Below, piece after piece: positions 7,504-16,256 of a DNA stretch of 64,000 nt. The DNA is taken from NCBI GenBank assembly GCA_036555455.1, contig DATBLI010000095.1, positions 84,687-148,686 on the forward strand, written 5' to 3'. The notes under the pieces are model-generated. The model searched no databases, had not been told where the DNA came from, and saw only the letters and a list, made by a program, of their open reading frames with translations. The translations under genes were made by a program, and so were the position numbers. Source of the stretch: Thermoplasmata archaeon (GTDB lineage: Archaea; Thermoplasmatota; Thermoplasmata; RBG-16-68-12). Every line of letters starts with the position of its first letter. The first letter of the stretch is position 1.

Positions 7504-9989
7504 GAGGTCGCCCCCTTTCCGAGATGCCGCAGGCACGTCTCCCGCCACCGTTTCGCCATCTCGTGCTCCGGGTTCAGTTCGAGGGCACGGTCGTAGGCTT
7601 TCAAGGCCTCCTCGTACCGTTCGAGCTGCTGCAAGGCGGTGCCTATGCCGGTCCAGCCATCGGCGCTCCTCGGGTCGCGGTCCACGGCTTGTCGGTACCG
7701 CAGGAGAGCCATCTCCGCGTCGCCGCTCTCGAGGGCGAGCTCCGCGAGCTGCACGAGGACGTGGGTGTCCTCCTTCTCCGGTTCGATGGAATCCACGAAG
7801 GACTTGAAGTCCGCAGGGATCGCCGCCGGCTTGGCCTCCTCCGGCTCCTCGACCGCGGCCTTCCAGGTCTCCGCGAAACTCTCGGTGGCTCCCTCGGGCG
7901 GGACCTCGGGCTCCGATGGCTTTCCCTCTTCGCCCTCCTCTTCGAAAGGCTCCATGGCTTCGAGGAGCTCCTCGAGCTCCTCCTCGGGTTCCCGCACTGC
8001 GGGCTCTCGGGCCTCGATGACAGACCTCGCGGCAAGCACCGCGGGATTGTCAGGAGCGATGTCGATGGCGCGGCGGAGCGCCTCCGTGGCCTCCTTCCCC
8101 TGATGGATCGCCCGATGGGCCAGGGCCTTGCGAGCCCACGCCTCCCCGCGCTTCGGGTCCACCTGGAGGACGTGGTCGAAGCACTCGAGGGCCTCTTGGG
8201 CCCGGCCGTGCTCGAGGAGGATTTCCCCCTTCGCCATCCAGGCGTCCGCGTGGTCCCATTGGAGGGCGATCGTCCGGTTGTAGAACTGGACCGCCGCTCC
8301 CCAGCGGCCCTTCTGACGGAGAAGCTCGCCCTTCCGGAACAGGATCGGCGGGTTGTGGGCTCCCTTCCCAAGGGCGCGCGTCAGGAGGCCTTCCGCGGCC
8401 TCGGTGTCCCCGAGGTCGAGGAGGGTGTCCGCGAGGCCGAGGATCGCCCGAGGGCTTTCCGGTTCCACGTCGAGGATCGCCTGGAAGAGGATCGCGGCCT
8501 CGTTTCCGTGACGATCCCGGCGGAGCTGTTCCGCCTTCAGAGCGATGTCCCCCGACTTCGAAGGGTCGATCCGCAAGGTCTCCCGGAGGGCATCGACCGC
8601 ATCCGCGAGCCGGCCCATCCCGAAGAGGAGATTCGCGCGCTCGAACCACGCCTGCCGGTTGCGGCGATCGAGGTCGATCACGCGCTGGTAGCATTGGAGG
8701 GCGTCCTCAGGATGGCTCAGAAGGACGAGGACCTGCGCCTTCTCGAACCACACGCCGACATCCTCGGGTCGCTCCGAGAGGAGGCGGTCGTAACAGGCCA
8801 AGGCCGCACGGTAGTCCCCCTCTTCGAGGAAGGCGTGGGCCTCCTCCCGAAGGCCGATCGCCCGCTGCTCCTCATCGACCTCCCCGGGAACGAGGACATA
8901 GCGGATCGCGCGGGCAAGGGTCGCCGTGACCCCACGGCACTGGGTGAGGGCCCGCTCGTCCGCGGAGAGGAGGGAGGCCATGTCCGGGAACGCGGTCGCG
9001 ATCATGTTCGCCCCGTCCTCCGTCATCCCGGGTACGGAAGCCAGGAACCGCAGGACCTCCCGCCGGGCTTCGTCCTTCTCGACCGCGAGGAGGCGGGCCT
9101 CGAGGGCCTTCACCTGCTCCTCCATCTCCTGGGCCTTCGTCTCGAGGGCCTGCTCGCGCTCCAGGAGGGCTTCCTCCTTGGTCGCGATGGCTTCCGTCCG
9201 CTCGTGGACCCAGGCTTCCACGGATTTCCGCTCCCTCTTGATCTCCTCCTTCACCCGCGCGAGGTCGAGGGCAGGCGCGGGCGGCGCGACAGGGCCTCCC
9301 TCGACAGGCTTCCCGGGCTCACGCTCCGGCGTCGGTTCGGGAGGGGAGGGCTCCGGAGGGATCGACTCCGGTGGCGGGAGGGGGGCTTCCAGCTCCTCCG
9401 GCGCCGCAGGGATGACGGGAGGCACTTCTTCCTCTTCGGGCCGTGGGAGGATCTCCGCCTTAGGCTTCGCGGGTTCCTCCGCGAACTCCTCGATCCGAGC
9501 CACGGCCACACGAACCGCTTCCTCCTCGGGAACTCGGGCCAGGGCCCGCGCACGGAGGCGGTACTCCTCCGCGAGATGGGACGGCATCCACTCGCGGGAC
9601 GCCAGGAAGCGGTACAGGGCCGCCAGGGCCTCCCGCGCCCCTGCGTCTCTTGGGGTGGAACGCCGGCCTTCCCCGAGGAATCCATGGAGAACTTCCGCAT
9701 CCCCCACGCTCACAATCGGATGGGACTCCGACTCGAGACCCAAGAGATCGATGAGGCGCATCGCGTCCTCCGCGGTCCTCGTCCGAGGGGAGGATCTCCA
9801 CTCGAGCTCAGTACCTTCCGCGGACAGGAGAGCTGCCTCCCGAGGGCCCAGGAGATCAAGGAGGGACGGTCCGGGGAGTAGGGAGGGGTCGAGCCAAAGG
9901 GGACGGTACGCGACGAGGTAGTCGACGCACGGAGCGCAGAGGGCCTCGCGGCTCACGGCGCCGCATCGGAAGCAGCGCGAGGGGAGCAC
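7500..9989 (-). CDS. large multidomain TPR protein (N-terminal zinc-ribbon-like, P/E-rich linker, coiled coil, HhH-like segment, C-terminal TPR array)
   Basis: 'CFRCGAVSREALCAPC'; 'PPVIPAAPEELEAPLPPPESIPPEPSPPEPTPE'; heptad-like 'LLEREQALETKAQEMEEQVKALEARLL'; many TPR units. GTG start at 9989, with TATA-like 'CTATAAAGG' (10012..10020, read on the minus strand) about 27 nt upstream. Confidence 0.75.
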   Translation of the reverse strand: MLPSRCFRCGAVSREALCAPCVDYLVAYRPLWLDPSLLPGPSLLDLLGPREAALLSAEGTELEWRSSPRTRTAEDAMRLIDLLGLESESHPIVSVGDAEVLHGFLGEGRRSTPRDAGAREALAALYRFLASREWMPSHLAEEYRLRARALARVPEEEAVRVAVARIEEFAEEPAKPKAEILPRPEEEEVPPVIPAAPEELEAPLPPPESIPPEPSPPEPTPEREPGKPVEGGPVAPPAPALDLARVKEEIKRERKSVEAWVHERTEAIATKEEALLEREQALETKAQEMEEQVKALEARLLAVEKDEARREVLRFLASVPGMTEDGANMIATAFPDMASLLSADERALTQCRGVTATLARAIRYVLVPGEVDEEQRAIGLREEAHAFLEEGDYRAALACYDRLLSERPEDVGVWFEKAQVLVLLSHPEDALQCYQRVIDLDRRNRQAWFERANLLFGMGRLADAVDALRETLRIDPSKSGDIALKAEQLRRDRHGNEAAILFQAILDVEPESPRAILGLADTLLDLGDTEAAEGLLTRALGKGAHNPPILFRKGELLRQKGRWGAAVQFYNRTIALQWDHADAWMAKGEILLEHGRAQEALECFDHVLQVDPKRGEAWARKALAHRAIHQGKEATEALRRAIDIAPDNPAVLAARSVIEAREPAVREPEEELEELLEAMEPFEEEGEEGKPSEPEVPPEGATESFAETWKAAVEEPEEAKPAAIPADFKSFVDSIEPEKEDTHVLVQLAELALESGDAEMALLRYRQAVDRDPRSADGWTGIGTALQQLERYEEALKAYDRALELNPEHEMAKRWRETCLRHLGKGATS

Positions 9990-10103
9990 GGGCGTTGCAA
10001 TGAGGGCGGGACTATAAAGGCTAGTCGGGCCGACTGTCTATTCGCGGGAATTCAGGGAGAGAGCGATGCGTTTTTCCGGCCGTGGAGCGATGGCAAACAT
10101 AGC

Positions 10104-10412
10104 ATGGAGCTCGTGACCCTCGCCCTTACGATCGTGGCATACCTCGCGGCCATCCTCGGTCCGCTCGTCCTCCTGCCCCTGGCCCTCGAGCGCTACGCGG
10201 GTCTGCCCTACAACTCCGTGCGCTCACGCTTGATGGCCTGGGGAACCTTCGCAGGCCTCATGGCCAGCGTCGCCCTCTCGCTGCCCGCGGATGTCGCGTG
10301 GAACCTGGATACATGGGTCAGCTTCGTGGTGCTGGTTCTCGCCGCTGCAGGCTGGGACCTGTACGACATGAAGACCCGACGTATCCCCGCGGCGCGCCAC
10401 CCGCTCCGGTGA
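10104..10412 (+). CDS. small integral membrane protein, unknown function
   Basis: Three hydrophobic segments ('LALTIVAYLAAILGPLVLLPLAL', 'WGTFAGLMASVALSL', 'WVSFVVLVLAAAGW'). No recognisable family. Confidence 0.5.
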   Translation: MELVTLALTIVAYLAAILGPLVLLPLALERYAGLPYNSVRSRLMAWGTFAGLMASVALSLPADVAWNLDTWVSFVVLVLAAAGWDLYDMKTRRIPAARHPLR

Positions 10413-10458
10413 CGACATCTTCATCCCCAAGGCCCACTCTCGGGAACGCGAGAGGACC

Positions 10459-10932
10459 GTGGACATCCAGATGCGCCGCGGCCGGAAGGCGGACTACAAG
10501 TTCATCTGGGCGGCGACCCTGCAGACCGTCTGGGACGATCTACCGGAGGCCGAGAAGAAGCGCCTTGACCGCGCGCCTTGGGAGAAGGAACTCCGGCGGA
10601 AGCTCGCCCCTTACATCGAAGGCGCGAGGACGGAGGCGTGGATCGCGGAGGACGCCGCGGGAACGGTCCTCGGCTACCTCCTCCTTGGGGAAGGGGGAGG
10701 CTTCCTGACCCACGAACCCCATGGCTTCGTCTTCGACGTCTGGGTCGCGCCAGGGCACCGCGGCGAGGGGATCGGGAAGTTCCTCATCAACTGGGCGAAC
10801 GGATGGGCGCGGTCGAAAGGCTACAGGAAGATCAAGCTCGAGGTCGCGGAGACGAATCCGAGGGCACGGCATGTGTACGAAATCCATGGGTACAAGACGG
10901 AACGGCGGTACATGGGGAAGGACCTCGAGTGA
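10459..10932 (+). CDS. GNAT-family N-acetyltransferase
   Basis: Acetyl-CoA motif 'VWVAPGHRGEGIGKFLINWA' and 'RARHVYEIHGY'. The start is GTG 10459 or ATG 10471. Confidence 0.8.
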   Translation: MDIQMRRGRKADYKFIWAATLQTVWDDLPEAEKKRLDRAPWEKELRRKLAPYIEGARTEAWIAEDAAGTVLGYLLLGEGGGFLTHEPHGFVFDVWVAPGHRGEGIGKFLINWANGWARSKGYRKIKLEVAETNPRARHVYEIHGYKTERRYMGKDLE

Positions 10933-11015
10933 CCTTCTCATTCGTTGTCGCGAAACCAACGCCAAAGGGTTAAATAACGGGGTTATCCTTGTAATCATCT
11001 CGGCCCGGTGAAGCG

Positions 11016-11405
11016 ATGTTCCAGGTCACTCTAAGCGACAACGCGGTCACCAAACTGAAGGACCTTATCGCGAAGCACGGGACCGTCGAGACCACGTACC
11101 TCCGCATGTACGTCGCCGGCGGCGGCTGCTCCGGGTTCCGATACGGACTCGCACTCGACGACAAAATCCACGAGGGCGACGAGGTCTTCCAAGCGAACGG
11201 GGTGAGGGTCGTCATCGACCCGAACAGCCGTGAGTACCTGGATGGCTCGAGCGTCGACTACGTGGAGAGCGTCGCGGGGAGCGGCTTCATGGTCAGCAAC
11301 CCGAACAACTGGTCCACGTGCGGCTGCGGCCAGAGCTTCAATCCGAAGGGTGAGGCCGCGCCGGATGCCCAGGAAGGCCACCGCGCCCACGCGCATTCCC
11401 ACTGA
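11016..11405 (+). CDS. iscA: iron-sulfur cluster insertion/assembly protein, HesB/IscA/ErpA family
   Basis: 'GGGCSGFRYGLALD' and C-terminal 'CGCGQSF'. An SD-like GGTGA lies about 6 nt upstream of the ATG. Confidence 0.85.
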   Translation: MFQVTLSDNAVTKLKDLIAKHGTVETTYLRMYVAGGGCSGFRYGLALDDKIHEGDEVFQANGVRVVIDPNSREYLDGSSVDYVESVAGSGFMVSNPNNWSTCGCGQSFNPKGEAAPDAQEGHRAHAHSH

Positions 11406-11453
11406 GCAGCGATTGCGCGGCTTGTGTGACCCCCCTCTCTGAAGTCGAAAGCC

Positions 11454-12539
11454 TCAGCGCAGCTTCCCCGTGAGTTCCCGCTTGATTCCGACCATGGCGT
11501 TCAGGTACGCCAGGGTGCGCTGCTCGTCCTCGGCCACGTCCACCTTGCCATAGATCTGGCCCGAGGTCGCGAGGAAGCCGTCTCGAATCGCCTGGCCAAC
11601 GACCATCTCGCCACGCTCCGTCCGCAGGAGGACTGCCTCGAACGGCTCGTCCCCTCCAAGGCTGCCGACGGAGACGTCACTGAACTTCGCCGTGAAGTCG
11701 TAGCACTGGAGGCAGTTCGCGTTCACGAGCCCGGCGACGTCTTCCTGGGCCAAACGCCTCGGCTCCCCCGCAGAGGGGGTGAAGACGAGCTCCTCACCGA
11801 CGTACCGGATGTGCCGAATCTCCAGGGGGTCGAAGCCGAGAATCTCCCGCAGCTTCTCCCCGCCCCAGGCTCCCGGGGCGTAGTTGCCGTAGCAGAACGT
11901 GCCGAGGCCAAAGACCATCTCGTACCCGGGGACGAAGCGATCCCAGAGGAGCTTCCGGAGGGTGTAGACCTGGCAGGGACGCCCCATGACGGCGACCCGC
12001 GGGTGGAGCCCTCGATCCGCGTCCGCAAACCTCTGGAGCTGGGAGAGGGTCATGAGGTTCGCGCGGAAGTTGTACCCCGTGACAACGGCTCGACCTTGAC
12101 CCATCCTGATATGCCACGCGTCGTACAGGTCACGCTTCGTGAACGCCATCACGGGCTCCTCGGTGGCGCTCTGGTGGGCGAGGAAGACGACGTCGGCCAT
12201 GTCCTCCTCGAGGAGGTACCACAGGATCGTGCCGGCGACTTTGTATCCCACATGGCGACGGAACTCCCGGTCGCGGCTCGAGAGATTGAGGACCTTACGA
12301 TACGCGCCAAGCTCCGTCGCATCCGGCTGGAACTCCTGGAGGAGCTCTTCGTCGCTACGGAGGATCTCGGGCGCGTTCACGTACTCGTTCCGGCAGTTCG
12401 GGCATCGGTCCGCATAGAAGAGGATCTCCCGGCCGGCGATATCGAGGGCATATTCGTCAATGCGCTCGCACACCTTCCCGCAATGGACGCACGTCACGGC
12501 CGCGGCAGCAGCGGCGGGCGTGGTCTCTGCGCGCGTCAT
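11454..12539 (-). CDS. FrhB/FdhB-family (coenzyme F420 hydrogenase/dehydrogenase beta-like) protein with N-terminal zinc ribbon
   Basis: 'VAVMGRPCQVYTLRKL', 'LGTFCYGNY', 'CLQCYDFTAKFSDVSVGSLG' resemble FrhB_FdhB N/C domains. N-terminus 'CVHCGK...CPNC'. Confidence 0.6.
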   Translation of the reverse strand: MTRAETTPAAAAAAVTCVHCGKVCERIDEYALDIAGREILFYADRCPNCRNEYVNAPEILRSDEELLQEFQPDATELGAYRKVLNLSSRDREFRRHVGYKVAGTILWYLLEEDMADVVFLAHQSATEEPVMAFTKRDLYDAWHIRMGQGRAVVTGYNFRANLMTLSQLQRFADADRGLHPRVAVMGRPCQVYTLRKLLWDRFVPGYEMVFGLGTFCYGNYAPGAWGGEKLREILGFDPLEIRHIRYVGEELVFTPSAGEPRRLAQEDVAGLVNANCLQCYDFTAKFSDVSVGSLGGDEPFEAVLLRTERGEMVVGQAIRDGFLATSGQIYGKVDVAEDEQRTLAYLNAMVGIKRELTGKLR

Positions 12540-12695
12540 CGAATCACACCGAAGGCCATGACGGCGTCAAGGTGTGCATCTATTGCGCGTACTCAGAATA
12601 CGTGAAACAAGCATCGACGGCGTGAAGAGCCCCGGACCCCGCGGCACGGATGGAATTCGAAAACGAAAAATGGTTCACCGAGCGGGCGTCCGTCT

Positions 12696-12800
12696 CTACT
12701 TCAGGGCGAACTCCGCTTGGTGGGTTTCTTCGACTTCGAAGCGGTGGAACTTCCACGACTCGAAGTCCTCCCCGGCTTCCTCTTGCTTCAGTCTCTTCAT
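12696..12800 (-). CDS. candidate leaderless micro-ORF (34 aa), unknown function
   Basis: Encodes MKRLKQEEAGEDFESWKFHRFEVEETHQAEFALK. ATG at 12800..12798 lies about 27 nt downstream of the CTATAG box at 12825..12830, the same spacing seen at other starts in this window. Not in the ORF track (<60 aa). Confidence 0.3.
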   Translation of the reverse strand: MKRLKQEEAGEDFESWKFHRFEVEETHQAEFALK

Positions 12801-12824
12801 TGCGCAAGGAAGGCGTCGTGCAGG

Positions 12825-12870
12825 CTATAGAGGTACTGCACAGATTCTATAGTACACGCGGAATCTATAG
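12825..12870. promoter_or_regulatory. three CTATAG palindromic TATA-like boxes (12825..12830, 12847..12852, 12865..12870)
   Basis: 'ggCTATAGagg', 'ttCTATAGtac', 'atCTATAGaga' spaced 22 and 18 nt apart. They sit in an AT-richer gap between the phoU 3' end and the micro-ORF. Confidence 0.35.
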
Positions 12871-12890
12871 AGATATTCTGGAGATGAGGA

Positions 12891-13595
12891 TCATCCCGAT
12901 TTTCGCTTCGCGCGGTCCGCCGCGCGAATCCGCGGGAGGGATTCGCCCGTGACCATGTAGACCACACGGAGGCCGATGTTCACGGCATGGTCGGCGATGC
13001 GCTCCAGATGCCGGCTGACGAGGATATACCGGGCGCCCGCGGCGATCTCGAGCCGACCTTCGGCCATCGACTGGACGACATCCTGGAAAACCTCGTCATG
13101 GAACCGGTCGACGGTATCGTCGACCTCCATGATGTCCCGCACGGACTCCGCATCTCCCTTCGCGAAGGCCTCGATGGCGGTGTCGACCATGTCGATCGTG
13201 ATCTCAGCCATCCGGGGGATCTTCACCAAGTCCGCCAGCCCGGGAGGGGGCCGGCCCTGGAACTGGAGGGCGACCTCCGCGATGTCTTTCGCATACCGGC
13301 CGATGCGGTCCAGGTCCGTCGTGATCTTCAGGGAGGTTGTGATCATGCGCAGGTCGCGGGCCACGGGAGCGTGGAGGGCGATCAGCTCGACGCAGGTCCC
13401 CTCGATCTCGTCCTGGAGGGCGTAGATCTCCTGATCGAGCGTGAAGACCTCGTCCGCGGCACCTGGGTCGGACCGGGACAGGCTCTCGATCGCCTTTCGG
13501 ATTGCGAGCTCGCTGAGCTGGGCCATGGTCACCATGTTCTCGTTCAATCTCTGCAGTCCTAGGCCGAGGGCCTTCCGCTTGGCCTTTTCTGGCAT
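12891..13595 (-). CDS. phoU: phosphate transport system regulator PhoU
   Basis: Two PhoU repeats ('LDRIGRYAKDIAE', 'LERIADHAVNI'). Last gene of the pst operon. Confidence 0.9.
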   Translation of the reverse strand: MPEKAKRKALGLGLQRLNENMVTMAQLSELAIRKAIESLSRSDPGAADEVFTLDQEIYALQDEIEGTCVELIALHAPVARDLRMITTSLKITTDLDRIGRYAKDIAEVALQFQGRPPPGLADLVKIPRMAEITIDMVDTAIEAFAKGDAESVRDIMEVDDTVDRFHDEVFQDVVQSMAEGRLEIAAGARYILVSRHLERIADHAVNIGLRVVYMVTGESLPRIRAADRAKRKSG

Positions 13596-14347
13596 CAGCC
13601 GAACCTCCCGGTGATGTAGTTTTCTGTCAGGGACTCGTGAGGCCTCTCGAAGAGCTCGCGAGTCGTGTTGAACTCAACCAGCTTGCCGAGGTACAAGAAC
13701 GCGGTCTGATCAGCCACTCGCGCCGCTTGTTGCATGTTATGGGTCACGATGACCACCGTGTAGTCCTTTTTGAGGTCGAAGATGAGGTCCTCGATCTTCG
13801 CGGTCGCAATGGGATCGAGGGCGGAGCAGGGCTCGTCCATGAGAATGACCTCCGGCTGCACGGCCAAGGCCCGAGCGATGCAGAGGCGCTGCTGCTGGCC
13901 GCCGGAGAGGCCGACCCCAGGGCCGTCCACATCGTCCTTGACCTCGTCCCAGAGGGCCGCCTGCTTGAGGCTGCGAGTCACCGTGGCGTCGAGCGTGTCC
14001 CGATTGCGAACCCCGTTGAGGCGCAGGCCCGCGGCGACATTGTTGTAGATGGACATCGTCGGGAAAGGGTTCGCCCTCTGGAAGACCATGCCGATTCGTC
14101 GCCGGACCGACACAGCGTCCTGTTCGAACACATTTTCACCGTCCAAGAGGACTTTGCCCTCGGCGCGGGCTTTCGGGACCGTCTCGTGCATCCGGTTTAG
14201 TACGCGGATGAGGGTGGACTTCCCGCAGCCCGAGGGGCCGATGATCGCGGTGACGGCATGTTCCTCGAAGTCGAGGGTGATGTCTTCAAGGGCTTGCTTC
14301 GAGCCGTACCATGCCGAAACGTGTTCCATACGAACCTTCACGGTCAC
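13595..14347 (-). CDS. pstB: phosphate ABC transporter ATP-binding protein PstB
   Basis: Walker A 'GPSGCGKST', signature '[15 protein letters not shown]', Walker B '[12 protein letters not shown]'. Confidence 0.95.
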   Translation of the reverse strand: MTVKVRMEHVSAWYGSKQALEDITLDFEEHAVTAIIGPSGCGKSTLIRVLNRMHETVPKARAEGKVLLDGENVFEQDAVSVRRRIGMVFQRANPFPTMSIYNNVAAGLRLNGVRNRDTLDATVTRSLKQAALWDEVKDDVDGPGVGLSGGQQQRLCIARALAVQPEVILMDEPCSALDPIATAKIEDLIFDLKKDYTVVIVTHNMQQAARVADQTAFLYLGKLVEFNTTRELFERPHESLTENYITGRFG

Positions 14348-15255
14348 CGGGGCACCCCCCGCACGCCGAAACGGCTCCGAAGGAGGACGCGCGCGACCAC
14401 GCTGATTGAGAGCATGAGGAGGACGAGGACCAGGGCCGACCCCCAGGCGAGTTCCTGCCAGTTCGGGAAGGGACTGATTCCGTAGTAGAAAATGATTCGT
14501 GGCATGGCCTCAATCGGCTGGTTCAGACCCTGAAAGCCGAATGGATTGCCGAAGGCGGTCATGATGAGAGGAGCCGTTTCCCCCGCGGCTCGGGCGACCG
14601 CGAGCAGGCTGCCCGTTAGGAGACCACTCCTCGCCGAACTCAGGACGATCCGCAGCGTCACGCGGTACTTCGGGATCCCCAAGGCCAAGGCGGCCTCGCG
14701 GGTCGCCGTCGGGACGAGGCGGAGCGCTTCCTCCGACGTGCGGGCGACGATGGGGACCATGATGACTGCGAGGGCCAGTACGCCCGCGATTGTGCTGAAC
14801 ACGAGCCGGACGTCCACCCAGCCGAGGTTCGCGGACTCAAGGAGGAGGGTGTAGACGAAGATTCCGACGACGATGGAAGGGATTTCTGTAAGGATGTCCG
14901 TGAAGAACCGCACGGTACGGCCGAGGCGGTTGTTCCCGTACTCGGAGACGTAGACACCTGTGAGGACGCCCGCCGGGAGGGAAATGAGGGCCGCGAGGGA
15001 GATGAGGATGAGGGTTCCTTGAATTGCGTTCGCGATTCCGCCGGTGGAGCAAGTTGCCGAGGTCTCCGGGTTGCAAGGAGGCGGCTGGTTCTCCGTGAAC
15101 ATCGCGGGCCCGACCGCATGGAGCCCGCGGCTTGTCGCCTCGGCGAGGATGCTCACGAGGGGGATGAGGGCGATGATCACGCATCCGAGGGCGGCGGCAC
15201 TGATCGCGTGGCTCTTCCATCGGCGGCGGGTGTCGCGATCGAACCGCAGCTTCAT
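14344..15255 (-). CDS. pstA: phosphate ABC transporter permease PstA
   Basis: Multi-TM protein with EAA-type loop '[24 protein letters not shown]'. 4-nt overlaps with pstB and pstC. Confidence 0.9.
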   Translation of the reverse strand: MKLRFDRDTRRRWKSHAISAAALGCVIIALIPLVSILAEATSRGLHAVGPAMFTENQPPPCNPETSATCSTGGIANAIQGTLILISLAALISLPAGVLTGVYVSEYGNNRLGRTVRFFTDILTEIPSIVVGIFVYTLLLESANLGWVDVRLVFSTIAGVLALAVIMVPIVARTSEEALRLVPTATREAALALGIPKYRVTLRIVLSSARSGLLTGSLLAVARAAGETAPLIMTAFGNPFGFQGLNQPIEAMPRIIFYYGISPFPNWQELAWGSALVLVLLMLSISVVARVLLRSRFGVRGVPR

Positions 15256-16256
15256 GCGGCCACCTCTTGGACCCGCAGGACTCGACCGACCATGAGCCGG
15301 GCAACGACGTTGATGGAGAAGGCGAGGAGGAGAAGGACGAGGCCGAGTTCGATGAGGGCGCTGAGCTCAAGAGGACCAGCCTCCGTGAAGTTGTTGGCAA
15401 TCCAGCTCGCGATTGTCTGACCTTGGTCGAGAAGGGATGTCGTCATGATGTTGCGGTTCCCGATCGTCATCGTGACTGCCATCGTTTCACCAACCGCCCG
15501 ACCGAGACCGAGGATGACGGCACCGAAAATCCCGGAACGGGCGTAGGACAGCACACCAATCCGAGTCGCTTCCCAACGCGTCGCCCCCAGGCTGAGTGCG
15601 GCCTCCCGCTGACTCTGGGGGACGGCAAGGAGGGCTTCTCGGGAGACGGCAGAAATCGTGGGGATGACCATGATCGCCAGGATGACCCCTGCGGTGAACT
15701 TGTCAATCCCGATGGCCGTTCCCTGGAAGAGGGGGAGGAAGCCGAGGATCGCTTGGACGATGGGTTCCACGTTGTCGCGCATCACAGGCACAAGGACGAA
15801 GATTCCCCAAAGGCCGTAGACGACGGACGGGACGGCGGCGAGGAGTTCGACGAGGAAGGTCAGGGGTACCCGTAGCCAGTTCGGCGCGAGTTCGGAGAGG
15901 AAGATCGCGATGCCCAAGCTTACCGGCACGCCGAAGAGCAGGGCCAACGCGGACGTGACGAGGGTCCCATAGACGAACGGAAGCGCCCCATACTCCTCCG
16001 GCGGCCGTGGATCCCACTGGGTTCCTCCCAAGAACCCAGGCCCGAATGCCCGAAGAGAATCATACGAGCCAAGGGCCAAGATGACTCCGATGAGGGCGAT
16101 GAGAGCCAGCAGTCCGACGGCGACAATTGAGGCCAAAGATTGGAAAAGGGAGTCGCCCAAGGTCGTGCCGGAAGTTCGGCGACCAAGGGCTCTCCATGGC
16201 ATTCGGACCATGCGGCTCGAATCGCTCCCGTCCTCATGTATGCTGGGCCTGCCCAT
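15252..16256 (-). CDS. pstC: phosphate ABC transporter permease PstC
   Basis: Multi-TM protein with 'REALLAVPQSQREAALSLGATRWE'. The start may instead be an internal ATG near 16211, downstream of the pstS stop. Confidence 0.9.
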   Translation of the reverse strand: MGRPSIHEDGSDSSRMVRMPWRALGRRTSGTTLGDSLFQSLASIVAVGLLALIALIGVILALGSYDSLRAFGPGFLGGTQWDPRPPEEYGALPFVYGTLVTSALALLFGVPVSLGIAIFLSELAPNWLRVPLTFLVELLAAVPSVVYGLWGIFVLVPVMRDNVEPIVQAILGFLPLFQGTAIGIDKFTAGVILAIMVIPTISAVSREALLAVPQSQREAALSLGATRWEATRIGVLSYARSGIFGAVILGLGRAVGETMAVTMTIGNRNIMTTSLLDQGQTIASWIANNFTEAGPLELSALIELGLVLLLLAFSINVVARLMVGRVLRVQEVAA

